From contig CANQBE010000004.1 of assembly GCA_947589515.1 (NCBI GenBank), positions 1-59,625 on the forward strand: a stretch of DNA of 59,625 nucleotides. The letters are read 5' to 3'. Position numbers and translations under genes: made by a program. The notes beneath the pieces are model-generated. The model saw only the letters and a list, made by a program, of their open reading frames with translations, was not told the origin of the DNA and made no database searches. This document shows positions 17,113 to 27,521 of the stretch, piece by piece (within the stretch, counting starts at the first letter, position 1; every line of letters begins with the position of its first letter). The stretch is from an uncultured Bacilli bacterium. Its GTDB lineage: Bacteria > Bacillota_I > Bacilli_A > RF39 > UBA660.

Positions 17113-18043
17113 AAATTATATGACATATCCTTTAAAAAATATGCGCATTACTTGTCGATATGATGAAGGAAGCCATCGCAATCACTGTATCAATGTAGCA
17201 GATGGCTTAGTTGATTATCCAATTGATGATGCTGGAATCGATACAGGAAGAGATCCTATTTACTGTTGCTGTGATGAAATGAAAGTTACCAATGTTCAAG
17301 GAGTAGGAAATGGTTATACCAATACGATTTGGTTAGTCTCTACTTCTCCAGTTGTTACCCCAACATTTACCGATATTGCTTATATTGCTCTTACGCATTC
17401 TAATGATTCCGACTTAAAAAATATCAAAGTAGGGGATACTTTTAAGCGAGGCGAAATTATTTGCTATGAAGGAGTAGATGGGGCTACTGCTAATCATATT
17501 CATATGTCTTGCGGACGAGGATACTGCGATAATTGGAAACAAAATTCAAATGGTGCTTGGATTATGACACCAGGAACATCCGTAAAACCCGAAGATGTAT
17601 TTTATCTTGATCGTAGTTTTACTAATGAAATTTGGGGTGGATCATTAAATTGGAAGGAGTTACCAACAGAAGAAAAAAAAATCGTAGGAACTCCTGTTAG
17701 TCGAAATCCATCTGTGAATCAAGTGGAAGTATTAGTAGATAATTTGAATGCTAGAAGTGATCCTAGTACTACTTCTTCTAGTAATGGTTATATTCGAAAA
17801 GGAATTTATCAAGTTTTAGAAGAAAAGAAACAAGTCGATTACGTTTGGGTCAAAGTAGAATCTTATTGGATTGCTATGAATGAAAATTGGACGAAATATT
17901 ATCCAAAAGAAGAATCTACTTCTACTTGTCAAGAAGAATTAGAACAACTAAAGGAAACGTATCCAAGATTAATCTTTCGCTGTAATAAAACCGGAAAGTA
18001 TATTATATATTTAGAAGCCGGAAAAAGTCTTTATTTAAATTAA
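17105..18043 (+). CDS. Endolysin-like M23-type peptidase with SH3b-like cell-wall-binding domain
   Basis: SH..YPID, ANHIHM (HxH), LNARSDPST; no signal peptide. Confidence 0.7.
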   Translation: MTKNYMTYPLKNMRITCRYDEGSHRNHCINVADGLVDYPIDDAGIDTGRDPIYCCCDEMKVTNVQGVGNGYTNTIWLVSTSPVVTPTFTDIAYIALTHSNDSDLKNIKVGDTFKRGEIICYEGVDGATANHIHMSCGRGYCDNWKQNSNGAWIMTPGTSVKPEDVFYLDRSFTNEIWGGSLNWKELPTEEKKIVGTPVSRNPSVNQVEVLVDNLNARSDPSTTSSSNGYIRKGIYQVLEEKKQVDYVWVKVESYWIAMNENWTKYYPKEESTSTCQEELEQLKETYPRLIFRCNKTGKYIIYLEAGKSLYLN

Positions 18044-18077
18044 AAGTATAATTTTCTTTTTTTGATTCATCTTATAA

Positions 18078-18530
18078 ATGGAGGATATTATGGAAAAAGA
18101 GAATGAAAATGAAGTAAATGTATTAGATGAATTAAATAAAGGTGCTTGTATGGGAATGGATGCTATTCATTTTATCTTAGATAAAGTAAAAGATGAGAAT
18201 CTTCGTCAGGAATTAAATCGTCAATATGAACATTATCATGCGATTTCTAATCAGATTTGCGAGTTATACCCAGAGTATAGTGAAAAACATCCTCATGAAA
18301 CAAATTCTATGAATAAGGCTATGACATGGTATGGGATTGAAATGAAGACCATGATGGATAAGAGTACTTCCAAAATAGCAGAAATCTTATTGCAAGGAAC
18401 GAATATGGGGATTATTGAGGGCAGAAAGTTATTAAATCATAAAGGTACAGAAGAACAAGTACACAAGTTACTTCAAGAATATGTTACGATGCAAGAAGAA
18501 GCTGTAGAAAAATTAAAACATTTTTTATAA
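18078..18530 (+). CDS. Ferritin-like four-helix protein (spore-associated type)
   Basis: KGACMGMDAI, SKIAEILLQGTNMG and LKHFL pattern. Confidence 0.55.
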   Translation: MEDIMEKENENEVNVLDELNKGACMGMDAIHFILDKVKDENLRQELNRQYEHYHAISNQICELYPEYSEKHPHETNSMNKAMTWYGIEMKTMMDKSTSKIAEILLQGTNMGIIEGRKLLNHKGTEEQVHKLLQEYVTMQEEAVEKLKHFL

Positions 18531-18556
18531 AAGTTCACAAGAGTGAACTTTTTTTT
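18529..18556 (+). terminator. Intrinsic terminator
   Basis: aaaagttcac-aaga-gtgaactttt plus T-run. Confidence 0.85.
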
Positions 18557-18635
18557 ACGAAAAAGTATCATTTTTTCTTAAAATCTAGACAGATTATTAT
18601 ATTTTGATATAATAAATTTAAGAGGAGGGTTTTTC

Positions 18636-19631
18636 ATGGTTATCAGTGAAGTACCAGAGGGACAGTCTGTCCTTTTTGATCAAACTATCAAATATGATGA
18701 TGCTACTTTACAAATAAAATTTGTAGGGATTTGTCCTAATGAAAAGAGGGATTCTTTTCAAGAAGAATATTTAATTCAAAATATATTTGCTAATCAACCA
18801 AATTACTTTATTAGTAATGTTGCTCAAGGAATACGCGATATTCGAACTATCTTTCGGAATTTTAATGAAACATCATTTTATATTCAGTATTGTACCAATA
18901 AAAAAAATAATAGTATTACTTTATTATTTGATCACACAGAATTAGTTTATTATGAGAAAAATACTAGTATTACTAGCCAATTTCATTTTACTTTTTCTAG
19001 AGATTATGGATATCAAATTTCTTTTCCCAAAAAGACTGATATCATTTCCGAATGGATAGAAAAGGAAATGGCAAATGTCAATCGTTTTCAATTTGTTTAT
19101 CCCAAGACAGAATTAGATAGAAATCAACAAGCCTTATGTGAAATTTACCAATTATTTTATCAAGAAATTCCTGATTTTAGTCTTCCTCATATTGAAGATA
19201 AAGTACAATCTATGATGTATTTATTATGTGAATATAACATATGGTTAGATACAGATGGCTATTCTTTTTCTTTATCTAGTTTTCGTGATTATGTTGATAA
19301 CCCTTATTATACGTATGTTATTAGTAATTTAGCTCCTTTAGGAAAAATCACAAAATCTTTCGACGTGATTGATTCTGCTACGAAACGAAAAATAAAAGTA
19401 CTGGGTGATGAAATTCGAAATGCTTTTCAACAGGAACCTGATTTTACGGATGCTTTTAGAAATTTCTGTACTATCGATTATGTTAAAAAGTATTGTGTTC
19501 GTAATTCTGAAAATTTTGATCAAATCGCTAAATATAGACCGGTTCATAGTACTACAGAAAAAGTAAAAGAAAAAATAAAACTAATGGATAAAATCGAAGA
19601 AACGATTCAAAAGATGGATAAGATTCAATAA
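18636..19631 (+). CDS. Hypothetical protein
   Basis: RBS GAGGAGG, TGATATAAT upstream, 331-aa ORF. Confidence 0.75.
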   Translation: MVISEVPEGQSVLFDQTIKYDDATLQIKFVGICPNEKRDSFQEEYLIQNIFANQPNYFISNVAQGIRDIRTIFRNFNETSFYIQYCTNKKNNSITLLFDHTELVYYEKNTSITSQFHFTFSRDYGYQISFPKKTDIISEWIEKEMANVNRFQFVYPKTELDRNQQALCEIYQLFYQEIPDFSLPHIEDKVQSMMYLLCEYNIWLDTDGYSFSLSSFRDYVDNPYYTYVISNLAPLGKITKSFDVIDSATKRKIKVLGDEIRNAFQQEPDFTDAFRNFCTIDYVKKYCVRNSENFDQIAKYRPVHSTTEKVKEKIKLMDKIEETIQKMDKIQ

Positions 19632-19770
19632 AGAAACGATATTGTGTTACTACCTATAAAGGATGTATCATTTTATCGTTTCTTTTTTTAAATTAGTATG
19701 TATAATTTCATATTTTTGTTTTCATTTTTTCTAAAACATGATAAACTAGTAATAGAATAGAGGGGATATT

Positions 19771-20343
19771 ATGAAAGAACAAAAAGTAGGTCTTACTGCA
19801 ACGAATTGGATTTTATCTATATTAGGTATTTTGATATTAAGTTTACTGATTATTTTACCACCAGTATTTCGTGTGGTGTTTAAAGAAGAAGAGGTGATTC
19901 TACCACAACCAGAGCCTGTTCTTCCTGTTACGACTACTACTTGCACGATTGAAAATAGAATAGGAGAAAATTATACAGAGCGGGAAACAATTTCTTTAGA
20001 ACATCGTGGTACAGAACTTGAAAATTATACCAAAGATATTCAGAGAACTTATACAGATCCTAGTGTTTATGAAACCGATAAACAAAATCATGGTAGATTA
20101 GTAACTGCTTATAGTATTTTATCTGGATTTACTTATTCTATTACACCGAATGATGAAACATTTGTATTAAGTATTCATGAAAATTATGATTTAAATACTT
20201 TTCAAGAAAGTACTTTAGTGATTCCAGGAGATACCGAACCAACTACCGTAAATTCAGAGTACCAGTTGAAAGATTCTGTTACCATCATTACTCAAGATTT
20301 AACTACGAATGGTTATCTTTGTACTTCAGACAGCACAGAATAA
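19771..20343 (+). CDS. Membrane-anchored hypothetical protein
   Basis: N-terminal TM helix and Pro-rich linker; 3' end overlaps the gerAB-like gene by 41 bp. Confidence 0.75.
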   Translation: MKEQKVGLTATNWILSILGILILSLLIILPPVFRVVFKEEEVILPQPEPVLPVTTTTCTIENRIGENYTERETISLEHRGTELENYTKDIQRTYTDPSVYETDKQNHGRLVTAYSILSGFTYSITPNDETFVLSIHENYDLNTFQESTLVIPGDTEPTTVNSEYQLKDSVTIITQDLTTNGYLCTSDSTE

Positions 20344-21412
20344 AAATTCCAAATAGAAGAAAAAGAGCGATGCTAGTCATTAAATATAAATCTAGTGGAA
20401 AAGTAAATAAAGTTGTCACAATGATAAAAATAAGACCAATGAGAGCTAAAGAAATATGCTCTTTTTTCTTTTTTAAGAAACTATTGATCATTTGATTTAA
20501 TAAATAGATGCCTAAAATAATCACAAATAAACTATTTAGTATATTATTAAAGGCTAAAAACACTTCTACGCGTTCTAAGATATTTAAAAACGATATTTTT
20601 TTGTAGATAATCATATCAGGATGTTGGTAAATATTAGTTAAATGGATTCCTAATACGGAAATAATAATCATTAGTTGTATAAAAGTAAATAGAATTGATA
20701 AAAGGGTCAAAAGATAGGGCAACTTTTTAAAATGTTTCGTATTTTCCATCTCTTTTTTGGGAATCGAAAATAGTAAAAAGAAAGGAATCATGGATGATAA
20801 AAAATATATAAGAGAACTCGATAAACTTTTTCGAACCGTTGTAGTAAGCAATGGTTTTAAATTTGATAAATTCATATATTTCATGAGACCAATACTCCCA
20901 AATAGAAAGATAAAAATAGAAAAATAGAAAAAGATTTCACTAATTTTACTAATTGTTTTGATTCCTTTTGTCACAATATATAGAATCGTAATCATGAGAC
21001 TAACAGAAATGACTAGTAGTCCTACTTCTTTTAATACATAGTAATGCAGAAAAGAAATGAGAATCGAAAAAGAATAAATACTACTAATGCCAATTAATAG
21101 AAAAAAGAAAAAAGAAAAGACAACTTTTGGAAATATTGGAAATTTTTTTTGCATCATTTGTACAATTCCTTCCGGATATTTGTGATGAAGGTAAAAAATA
21201 AAACTGGCTAGTATTAAGATGAAAATACCCCCTAATAAAATCGAAAAAATACTATCATTTCCGCATTGATTGGTTAATGTATAATATCCTACATTCATAC
21301 TAAAAGAATTTAATAGAAAAAAAGTAAGGGTTGCATATTGATAAGAAGTAATTTTATCTAGTTTCATGGAATAATTCTCCTTGTAAATAGTTTTCTTTTT
21401 CTTTGGTTTCAA
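20303..21412 (-). CDS. gerAB: Spore germination receptor B subunit (GerAB/APC family); start uncertain
   Basis: About 10 TM helices, ILERVE motif, third gene of a gerA-type operon. Confidence 0.8.
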   Translation of the reverse strand: MKPKKKKTIYKENYSMKLDKITSYQYATLTFFLLNSFSMNVGYYTLTNQCGNDSIFSILLGGIFILILASFIFYLHHKYPEGIVQMMQKKFPIFPKVVFSFFFFLLIGISSIYSFSILISFLHYYVLKEVGLLVISVSLMITILYIVTKGIKTISKISEIFFYFSIFIFLFGSIGLMKYMNLSNLKPLLTTTVRKSLSSSLIYFLSSMIPFFLLFSIPKKEMENTKHFKKLPYLLTLLSILFTFIQLMIIISVLGIHLTNIYQHPDMIIYKKISFLNILERVEVFLAFNNILNSLFVIILGIYLLNQMINSFLKKKKEHISLALIGLIFIIVTTLFTFPLDLYLMTSIALFLLFGIFILCCLKYKDNHS

Positions 21413-22343
21413 ACGAAAAGTGAAAGTTTAATTTTGATAATAAATTGGGTGTTTTTTGATAATAACGATAATCATTTTGATAGATTTTTTGAGTTAATTT
21501 TAAAATATCATAGTCTTTCGTTTGAAATTTAGTTAGAAAAGATAATAATTTTGGTTTTATGCTTTGTTCAAAATTCTCTTTTTGATTTACTGTAGTCAGA
21601 AAGTGAAAATAGATCTCGTTTTTTTTCGTTGTTAGTAATGTTTGATTTTCGAAAATTGTATAAGGGGATATGGTAGTTTTCTGAAGGGTATTTTTTAATA
21701 AATTCCAAAGAATCGTATCTTCCGTCGATAATTCTTCTAATACTTGATAATTTTTAATTAAAGTGATTCCTCGTAGCAAGATTTCTTGGTTTTCGTAAGT
21801 GATAGTTGGCAAAAAGGTGTTTTGATCTATGAATAATTCTTGCATCATCGTTTCTAAATCTTGTGGTTTACTCATCGCTGTTTCTTTATAATTCGTGTTT
21901 AATAGATGATTGATTTGTTCAGCTTCTATTTGTTCTTTCATAAATGTTTCTAAAGGAATCTCTTTTAATAAAATCACATTAAAATTATTTCGATATTCAT
22001 TATTCTGTAGAAAGTTATTGATAATATTAGATAGATGATGATTAATTGCTTCTTCTGTTAAAATGAGTAAATCAATATGCGATAAATAAATTCTTTTATT
22101 GCTTTTTAAATAAATCATTTGAAAAGCCTCTTCTAAAGTTGATGCTTGACTAGTATAAGTAGTAAAATTTTCTTCAATTTTTCCATCATCTAAACTTCCA
22201 TCCATTACATTGATTACTAACTGATATTGATTTTCTTGGTAATCAATGCCTAATGTATTGACGATACTTAATTCATTTAGTTCTGTATAAGAAGTACATC
22301 CTGTTGAAAGAAGAATGCCTAATATGAATATCCATTTTTTCAT
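21354..22343 (-). CDS. gerAC: Spore germination receptor C subunit lipoprotein
   Basis: Lipobox STGC, YTELNELSIVNTLGID, IYLSH. Confidence 0.88.
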   Translation of the reverse strand: MKKWIFILGILLSTGCTSYTELNELSIVNTLGIDYQENQYQLVINVMDGSLDDGKIEENFTTYTSQASTLEEAFQMIYLKSNKRIYLSHIDLLILTEEAINHHLSNIINNFLQNNEYRNNFNVILLKEIPLETFMKEQIEAEQINHLLNTNYKETAMSKPQDLETMMQELFIDQNTFLPTITYENQEILLRGITLIKNYQVLEELSTEDTILWNLLKNTLQKTTISPYTIFENQTLLTTKKNEIYFHFLTTVNQKENFEQSIKPKLLSFLTKFQTKDYDILKLTQKIYQNDYRYYQKTPNLLSKLNFHFSFETKEKENYLQGELFHETR

Positions 22344-22344
22344 T

Positions 22345-23778
22345 TTATCGACCTCGTATTCTGTTTTTAGTGGTTAGTAAAGGATTTCGTTTTTTAATTT
22401 GATTACCACTATTGATTTTTAAGATAGCATCTTTCTGTTCTACTTTAATAAATGGTGAAAAAGGGGCTAAGTATGGTTTTTGGAAGGAGGTAATACTAGC
22501 AAGTTTCGTAACTAATAAAATCAGTCCCAAAAAGATTCCATAGATTCCTAACATGGCGGCTAAAATCATAAGTAAGATTCGCCAAAAGCGAATGGCTGAA
22601 GTTAATTCAATGGAAGTAAAGGCAAGACCAGAAATGGCACTAATAGCAACTACGATAATCATAATGGGAGAAATAATTCCTGCTTGCACAGCTGCATCTC
22701 CTAACACAAGACCACCTAAAATCGAGACGGCTGTTCCCATAGTAGATGCCATTCGCATATCACTTTCTCTTAGAATTTCAAAAGAAATCGTCATAATGAG
22801 TCCTTCGACTAAGGCCGGGAAGGGGACAGATCTTCTTTGCGATAAAAAGTTAATTAATAAATCTGTGGTTACCGAATCATGGTTATGGGTTGTAATCGCA
22901 ATATAGTATGCTGGAATAAAAATTGCGATGAAAAAAGCAAGGACACGAATAAAACGGATAAAAGTAATACTGAATGCTTTTTGATAATAGTCATCAGGAT
23001 TATGAAAAAAGTCGATAAAAAAGCAGGGCATAATTAATGCATAGGGACTATTATCGACTAGAATACAACATTTTCCCTCTAATAAGGCCATACTCACTAA
23101 ATCCGGTCTTTCGGTTGTAATAATAGTAGGAAATACGCTATTTTTTTTGACTAAGTATTTTTTTAAATAACCACTATCAATAATCCCATCAATATCAATC
23201 TTTTTGAGATTGTGAATTACTTCTTTTACAAGTGTATCTTCCACAATGTTTTGCATATAGAAAACACCAACCTTGGTTTTGGTTTCTTTACCAATTTCTA
23301 AATCCGCAATCCATAAGTGTTCACTTTTTATTCTTCTACGAATGAGTCCAAAATTTTTATTAAAATTTTCAGTAAAACTGTCTTTCGGTCCACGAATCGA
23401 TAATTCACTATCTACGGTATTAATTCCACGATCTAATTGTGCCTTTGTTTCAAAAGCAAATATTTCTTGATCACTAATATAAATAATGGTGTACCCATTC
23501 CAGATTTTCTTTAAAAAGTCGGCATAATCTTTCACAATGACACGATTATGTCCTGGAATATTATTATATAAATAAGTAAATAAATCCTCATTTTTTAATA
23601 GGTCTTCTTCTACGATATAACTGATATTTCGTAAAATAGTACCTGTAATATCCTCACTACTTGCTAGTACTTCCGAATATACAATATGAATCGTTTGATT
23701 GTTGATTTCTATTTTTTTATCGATAATATCGCTTGCTTGGTTCGTATCTCTTTTTAGTTGTTCAATCATGAAATCCAC
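22345..23778 (-). CDS. gerAA: Spore germination receptor A subunit
   Basis: RGPKDSFTE, TERPD, EILRES, ILGGLVLGDAAVQAG, PYLAPFSP; SigG/F-like CATACTA upstream. Confidence 0.93.
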   Translation of the reverse strand: MDFMIEQLKRDTNQASDIIDKKIEINNQTIHIVYSEVLASSEDITGTILRNISYIVEEDLLKNEDLFTYLYNNIPGHNRVIVKDYADFLKKIWNGYTIIYISDQEIFAFETKAQLDRGINTVDSELSIRGPKDSFTENFNKNFGLIRRRIKSEHLWIADLEIGKETKTKVGVFYMQNIVEDTLVKEVIHNLKKIDIDGIIDSGYLKKYLVKKNSVFPTIITTERPDLVSMALLEGKCCILVDNSPYALIMPCFFIDFFHNPDDYYQKAFSITFIRFIRVLAFFIAIFIPAYYIAITTHNHDSVTTDLLINFLSQRRSVPFPALVEGLIMTISFEILRESDMRMASTMGTAVSILGGLVLGDAAVQAGIISPIMIIVVAISAISGLAFTSIELTSAIRFWRILLMILAAMLGIYGIFLGLILLVTKLASITSFQKPYLAPFSPFIKVEQKDAILKINSGNQIKKRNPLLTTKNRIRGR

Positions 23779-23891
23779 CTCATTTGTAGTATGGAAAAAT
23801 TTTAGGAAAAGATACAGAATAACTTTGACTATCCTAAAATAAGTAGTGTATAATGATACTAGAATGAAAATAATAATAAGTAGGTGTTGGT

Positions 23892-24320
23892 ATGAAACAG
23901 AAAAATGGTTTTACTTTAATTGAAATGTTAGGAGTTATTATTCTATTAGGAATATTAGTATCTGTCGCTATTGGATCTTATTCTAGATATTTAGTACAGT
24001 CACAAGCAAAAGCTTTTAAAATAGAAGAAGATAGTATGAAAACGGCGACGGAATCTGCTTATGTTGATTGCATTAGTAATCATCCCAATAATGCTTTTTG
24101 CAGAAGTCATTCTATGGTAGATACGGTGGGCGAAACAGATACGGTATATTTAAAAGAATTGATTGAAGATCAGTATTTGGATATTATTAAAAATCCTTAT
24201 CATACAGAAGAAGAGTGTGATGCTGAAAAATCATATGTATATGTCACCAAAGATAATCAAAAAACTACTTATCAAGTTTGTCTAATTTGTGGAACTAATA
24301 AAAGTAAAAGTTGTAAATAG
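23892..24320 (+). CDS. Prepilin-type (type IV pilin/ComG-like) protein
   Basis: KNGFTLIEML class III signal, C-terminal Cys pairs. Confidence 0.88.
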   Translation: MKQKNGFTLIEMLGVIILLGILVSVAIGSYSRYLVQSQAKAFKIEEDSMKTATESAYVDCISNHPNNAFCRSHSMVDTVGETDTVYLKELIEDQYLDIIKNPYHTEEECDAEKSYVYVTKDNQKTTYQVCLICGTNKSKSCK

Positions 24321-24383
24321 GAAAAGAGAATATTCTTTTCTTTTTTTCTCACTATCCGTTATAATAAGATTGGGTGTATTAAA

Positions 24384-25628
24384 ATGTCAGTAGAAACAAA
24401 GGAAAATCAGGAATTGATCGTTACTATTTTCAAACAGGACCACTTTGGCCAAGGAATTGCCAAAATAGGAGATATGTTTGTTTTTGTAGAAAGAGGATTA
24501 CCTGATGAAACTTGTAAAATTCAAATTGTCAAAAAGAAAAAAAAGTATGCAAATGCTAAAATAGTCGACATTCTAACATTTTCTCCATATCGAGTAGAAG
24601 CTAAGTGTCCTTATTATGATCGTTGTGGTGGATGTCAGATTATGCATGAAGCGTATTTTCAACAATTGCGTTTTAAGGAACAAAAAGTGCAAGAATTATT
24701 AGAAAAATTTACCAAATTAGAGGATGTTTCTTTCTTTCCAATTCTTGCTCAAGAACCATTTTCTTATCGCAATAAAGTAACTTTTCATGGCGATCATGGA
24801 AAATTAGGTATTTATCAAGAAAAAACAAATCAAGTTATCGAAGTAGATGCTTGTGCAATTGCTGATTTTAAAATCAATCAAATTTATCAAAAAGTTCGCT
24901 TCTTTTTACAAACACATCCGAAAACTACTATTCATAACTTAATGATTCGAACTACTTCTTTAGGAGAATCGATGATTGCTTTAGAAGGAACCATTCCTGG
25001 GAAAGATCTTCTTTCTGATTTAGGAGAAGTTACGACGGTTTATATGAATCAACAGTTAGTTAAGGGAAAGAAAAGTATTACCGAGGTTATTTTTGGTATG
25101 AAATTTGAAATTTATCCTACATCTTTTTTTCAAGTGAATTATTCTATGATGTTGGAATTATATCAATTAGTTATTGATTTTCATAAAGATAAAGATATTC
25201 AAACCGTACTGGATTTATATTGTGGTACTGGTACGATTGGAATGTTAGTATCTTCTTATGTTGAAAAGGTTATTGGTGTTGAGTATGAAAAAGCATCGAT
25301 TGTTTCTGCTAATCAGTGTAAACAAAGAAATCAAGTCGATAATATCGAATTTATTCAAGGTAAGGTAGAAACAGTCATTGATCAGTTTTCTAATGTAGAT
25401 GCCATTATTGTTGATCCACCTAGAAGTGGACTTGATTCTTATACAATCAATCATATTTTAATGTTAGCACCTCGGATGATTACTTATATTTCTTGTGATC
25501 CGGTTACTTTAGCAAGAGATTTAAACTTCTTAAAAGAAACATATCATATTGTAGAAGTTCATCCTATTGATATGTTTCCTAATACTTATCATGTGGAATG
25601 CGTATGCCTATTAATAAAAAAAGATTAG
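24384..25628 (+). CDS. rlmD: 23S rRNA m5U methyltransferase (TRAM + Fe-S)
   Basis: CPYYDRCGGC, SFFQVN, DLYCGTGT, DPPRSG, YISCDP and DMFPNTYHVE motifs. Confidence 0.93.
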   Translation: MSVETKENQELIVTIFKQDHFGQGIAKIGDMFVFVERGLPDETCKIQIVKKKKKYANAKIVDILTFSPYRVEAKCPYYDRCGGCQIMHEAYFQQLRFKEQKVQELLEKFTKLEDVSFFPILAQEPFSYRNKVTFHGDHGKLGIYQEKTNQVIEVDACAIADFKINQIYQKVRFFLQTHPKTTIHNLMIRTTSLGESMIALEGTIPGKDLLSDLGEVTTVYMNQQLVKGKKSITEVIFGMKFEIYPTSFFQVNYSMMLELYQLVIDFHKDKDIQTVLDLYCGTGTIGMLVSSYVEKVIGVEYEKASIVSANQCKQRNQVDNIEFIQGKVETVIDQFSNVDAIIVDPPRSGLDSYTINHILMLAPRMITYISCDPVTLARDLNFLKETYHIVEVHPIDMFPNTYHVECVCLLIKKD

Positions 25629-25645
25629 TTTTGTAAGAATGTTTT

Positions 25646-25672
25646 AACAGTATTTCGATACTGTTTTTTTCT
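25646..25672 (+). terminator. Intrinsic terminator after rlmD
   Basis: aacagtat-ttcg-atactgtt plus T-run. Confidence 0.8.
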
Positions 25673-25754
25673 TGACATTAATTTACATTGCTAATTTTTT
25701 TCTTTTCTTTTTTATGAAAAAAAATTGCTTTTTCAAGAAAGTTCATGTATGATT

Positions 25755-25790
25755 ATGGTAGACAGTGGTAGATAGTGGTGAAAAGTGGGG
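25755..25790 (+). promoter_or_regulatory. MraZ-binding direct repeats
   Basis: ATGGTA/GTGGTA/GTGGTG/GTGGGG at 10-bp spacing immediately before mraZ. Confidence 0.85.
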
Positions 25791-25797
25791 GATTCAT

Positions 25798-26238
25798 ATG
25801 TTCATGGGAGAATATCACCATTCTATCGATGAGAAAGGACGAATTATTATTCCTTCTAAATTTCGTAATGAATTAGGTGAACATTTTATTGTTACTAGAG
25901 GATTGGAAAATTGTTTGTTCGTTTATTCTTGCGTAGAATGGGAAAAAATTGTTTCAAAATTAAAACAACTTCCTTTTACAAAAAAAGATGCCCGTAACTT
26001 CACTCGCTTTTTCCTATCTGGTGCTACTGTAGCAGAATTTGATAAACAAGGTCGTATTAATCTTAGTTCTCCATTAATTGACTATGCTTCTTTAGAAAAA
26101 GAATGCGTAATAGTTGGAGTGAATGATCGTCTTGAAATTTGGTCAAAAGATGCTTGGGAAAAATTCTTTGATGAAAATAGTGATAACTTATCCGATATTG
26201 CGGAAAATTTATTTACTTCTATGGACATTGACTTATAG
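25798..26238 (+). CDS. mraZ: Division/cell-wall cluster regulator MraZ
   Basis: [19 protein letters not shown] and DKQGRI motifs. Confidence 0.97.
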   Translation: MFMGEYHHSIDEKGRIIIPSKFRNELGEHFIVTRGLENCLFVYSCVEWEKIVSKLKQLPFTKKDARNFTRFFLSGATVAEFDKQGRINLSSPLIDYASLEKECVIVGVNDRLEIWSKDAWEKFFDENSDNLSDIAENLFTSMDIDL

Positions 26239-26246
26239 GTGATGAT

Positions 26247-27170
26247 ATGCATATTAGTGTTTTATTAAAAGAATCAATTGATAGTTTGCAAATCAAAGAA
26301 GATGGAATTTATGTTGACTGTACATTAGGATATGGTGGACATTCCAGTGAAATTTTAAAAAGAATAAAAAGGGGTTACTTATTCGCCTTTGATCAAGATC
26401 AAGAAGCTATTACTTTTTCCCAAGAAAAATTATCTCAAATTGGGACTAATTTTACGATTATCAAAAGTAACTTTGTGAATCTAAAAGAAAAATTAGCAGA
26501 ATTAGGTGTCACGGAAGTAGATGGAATTTTATTTGATTTAGGAGTATCAAGTCCTCAACTTGATGAAAAAGAACGTGGATTTAGTTATCATTATGATGCT
26601 AAATTAGATATGCGAATGGATCAAGAAAGCAATTTTTCTGCTTATGATGTTGTCAATTCTTATAGCGAAAAAGAACTTGCTCGCATTATCTATCAATATG
26701 GAGAAGAAAAGTATGCAAGTAGTATTGCTCGCAATATTGTAGCCTCTCGTAGTGTTAGGCCTATTGAAACAACGTTAGAGTTAGTCGAAATTATTAAAAA
26801 ATCGATGCCAGAAAAAGCCAAACGTGATAAACATCCAGCTCGCAAGACTTTTCAGGCTATTCGTATCGAAGTAAATCATGAATTAGATATTTTAGAAAGC
26901 AGCATCAAAGATGCAGCTAGTTACCTAAAAGTGGGGGGCATCCTCTCCGTTATTACCTTCCACTCTTTAGAAGATAGAATTGTGAAAAACGTATTTAAAG
27001 GGTTAACAGAAGTTGATGCTTTGGTAAAAGGATTACCAAATATTCCAAGTAATTATTTACCAAATTATGAATTAGTTTTTTCCAAGGCAATTACGCCTAG
27101 TAGTGAAGAATTAGAAAAAAATAATCGTAGTCGTTCTTCTAAATTAAGAAGTTTGAAACGTATCCGATAA
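26247..27170 (+). CDS. rsmH: 16S rRNA m4C1402 methyltransferase
   Basis: HISVLL, DCTLGYGGHS, DLGVSSPQLD and FHSLEDR motifs. Confidence 0.97.
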   Translation: MHISVLLKESIDSLQIKEDGIYVDCTLGYGGHSSEILKRIKRGYLFAFDQDQEAITFSQEKLSQIGTNFTIIKSNFVNLKEKLAELGVTEVDGILFDLGVSSPQLDEKERGFSYHYDAKLDMRMDQESNFSAYDVVNSYSEKELARIIYQYGEEKYASSIARNIVASRSVRPIETTLELVEIIKKSMPEKAKRDKHPARKTFQAIRIEVNHELDILESSIKDAASYLKVGGILSVITFHSLEDRIVKNVFKGLTEVDALVKGLPNIPSNYLPNYELVFSKAITPSSEELEKNNRSRSSKLRSLKRIR

Positions 27171-27193
27171 AAAGAATAAAAAGGAGATATTTT

Positions 27194-27490
27194 ATGAAAA
27201 GGGTTAAAAAAAGATTGAAAATGTCTAAATTTGAAAGATTATTATATATCTTTACTTTGGTAATGGTATTAGCTACTCCTTTTGCACTTGTTTTTTCCCA
27301 AGCTACTTTATCAGAAGTAAATTTTGAAGTAGAAAAAACTAAGAAACAACTTTCTACGCAAGAAAAAAAGAATGAAAGTTTGACGATGAAAATCAATGAA
27401 CTTGCATCACTAGAAAAAATTCAAGAAGTTGCGAAGGAACAAGGATTGAGTTATAATAATCATAATATTAAAACAATTATGGGACAATAG
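27194..27490 (+). CDS. ftsL: Cell division protein FtsL
   Basis: Basic N-terminus, TM helix, coiled coil; located between rsmH and pbp. Confidence 0.88.
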   Translation: MKRVKKRLKMSKFERLLYIFTLVMVLATPFALVFSQATLSEVNFEVEKTKKQLSTQEKKNESLTMKINELASLEKIQEVAKEQGLSYNNHNIKTIMGQ

Positions 27491-27521
27491 AGAAAATCCA
27501 TAAAAAGAAGGGAACGTAATT

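Noticed and set aside
16744-18043. Prophage at tRNA-Thr
   Set aside because: No integrase, structural or replication genes, and the lysis-like pair lies on the 5' side of the tRNA
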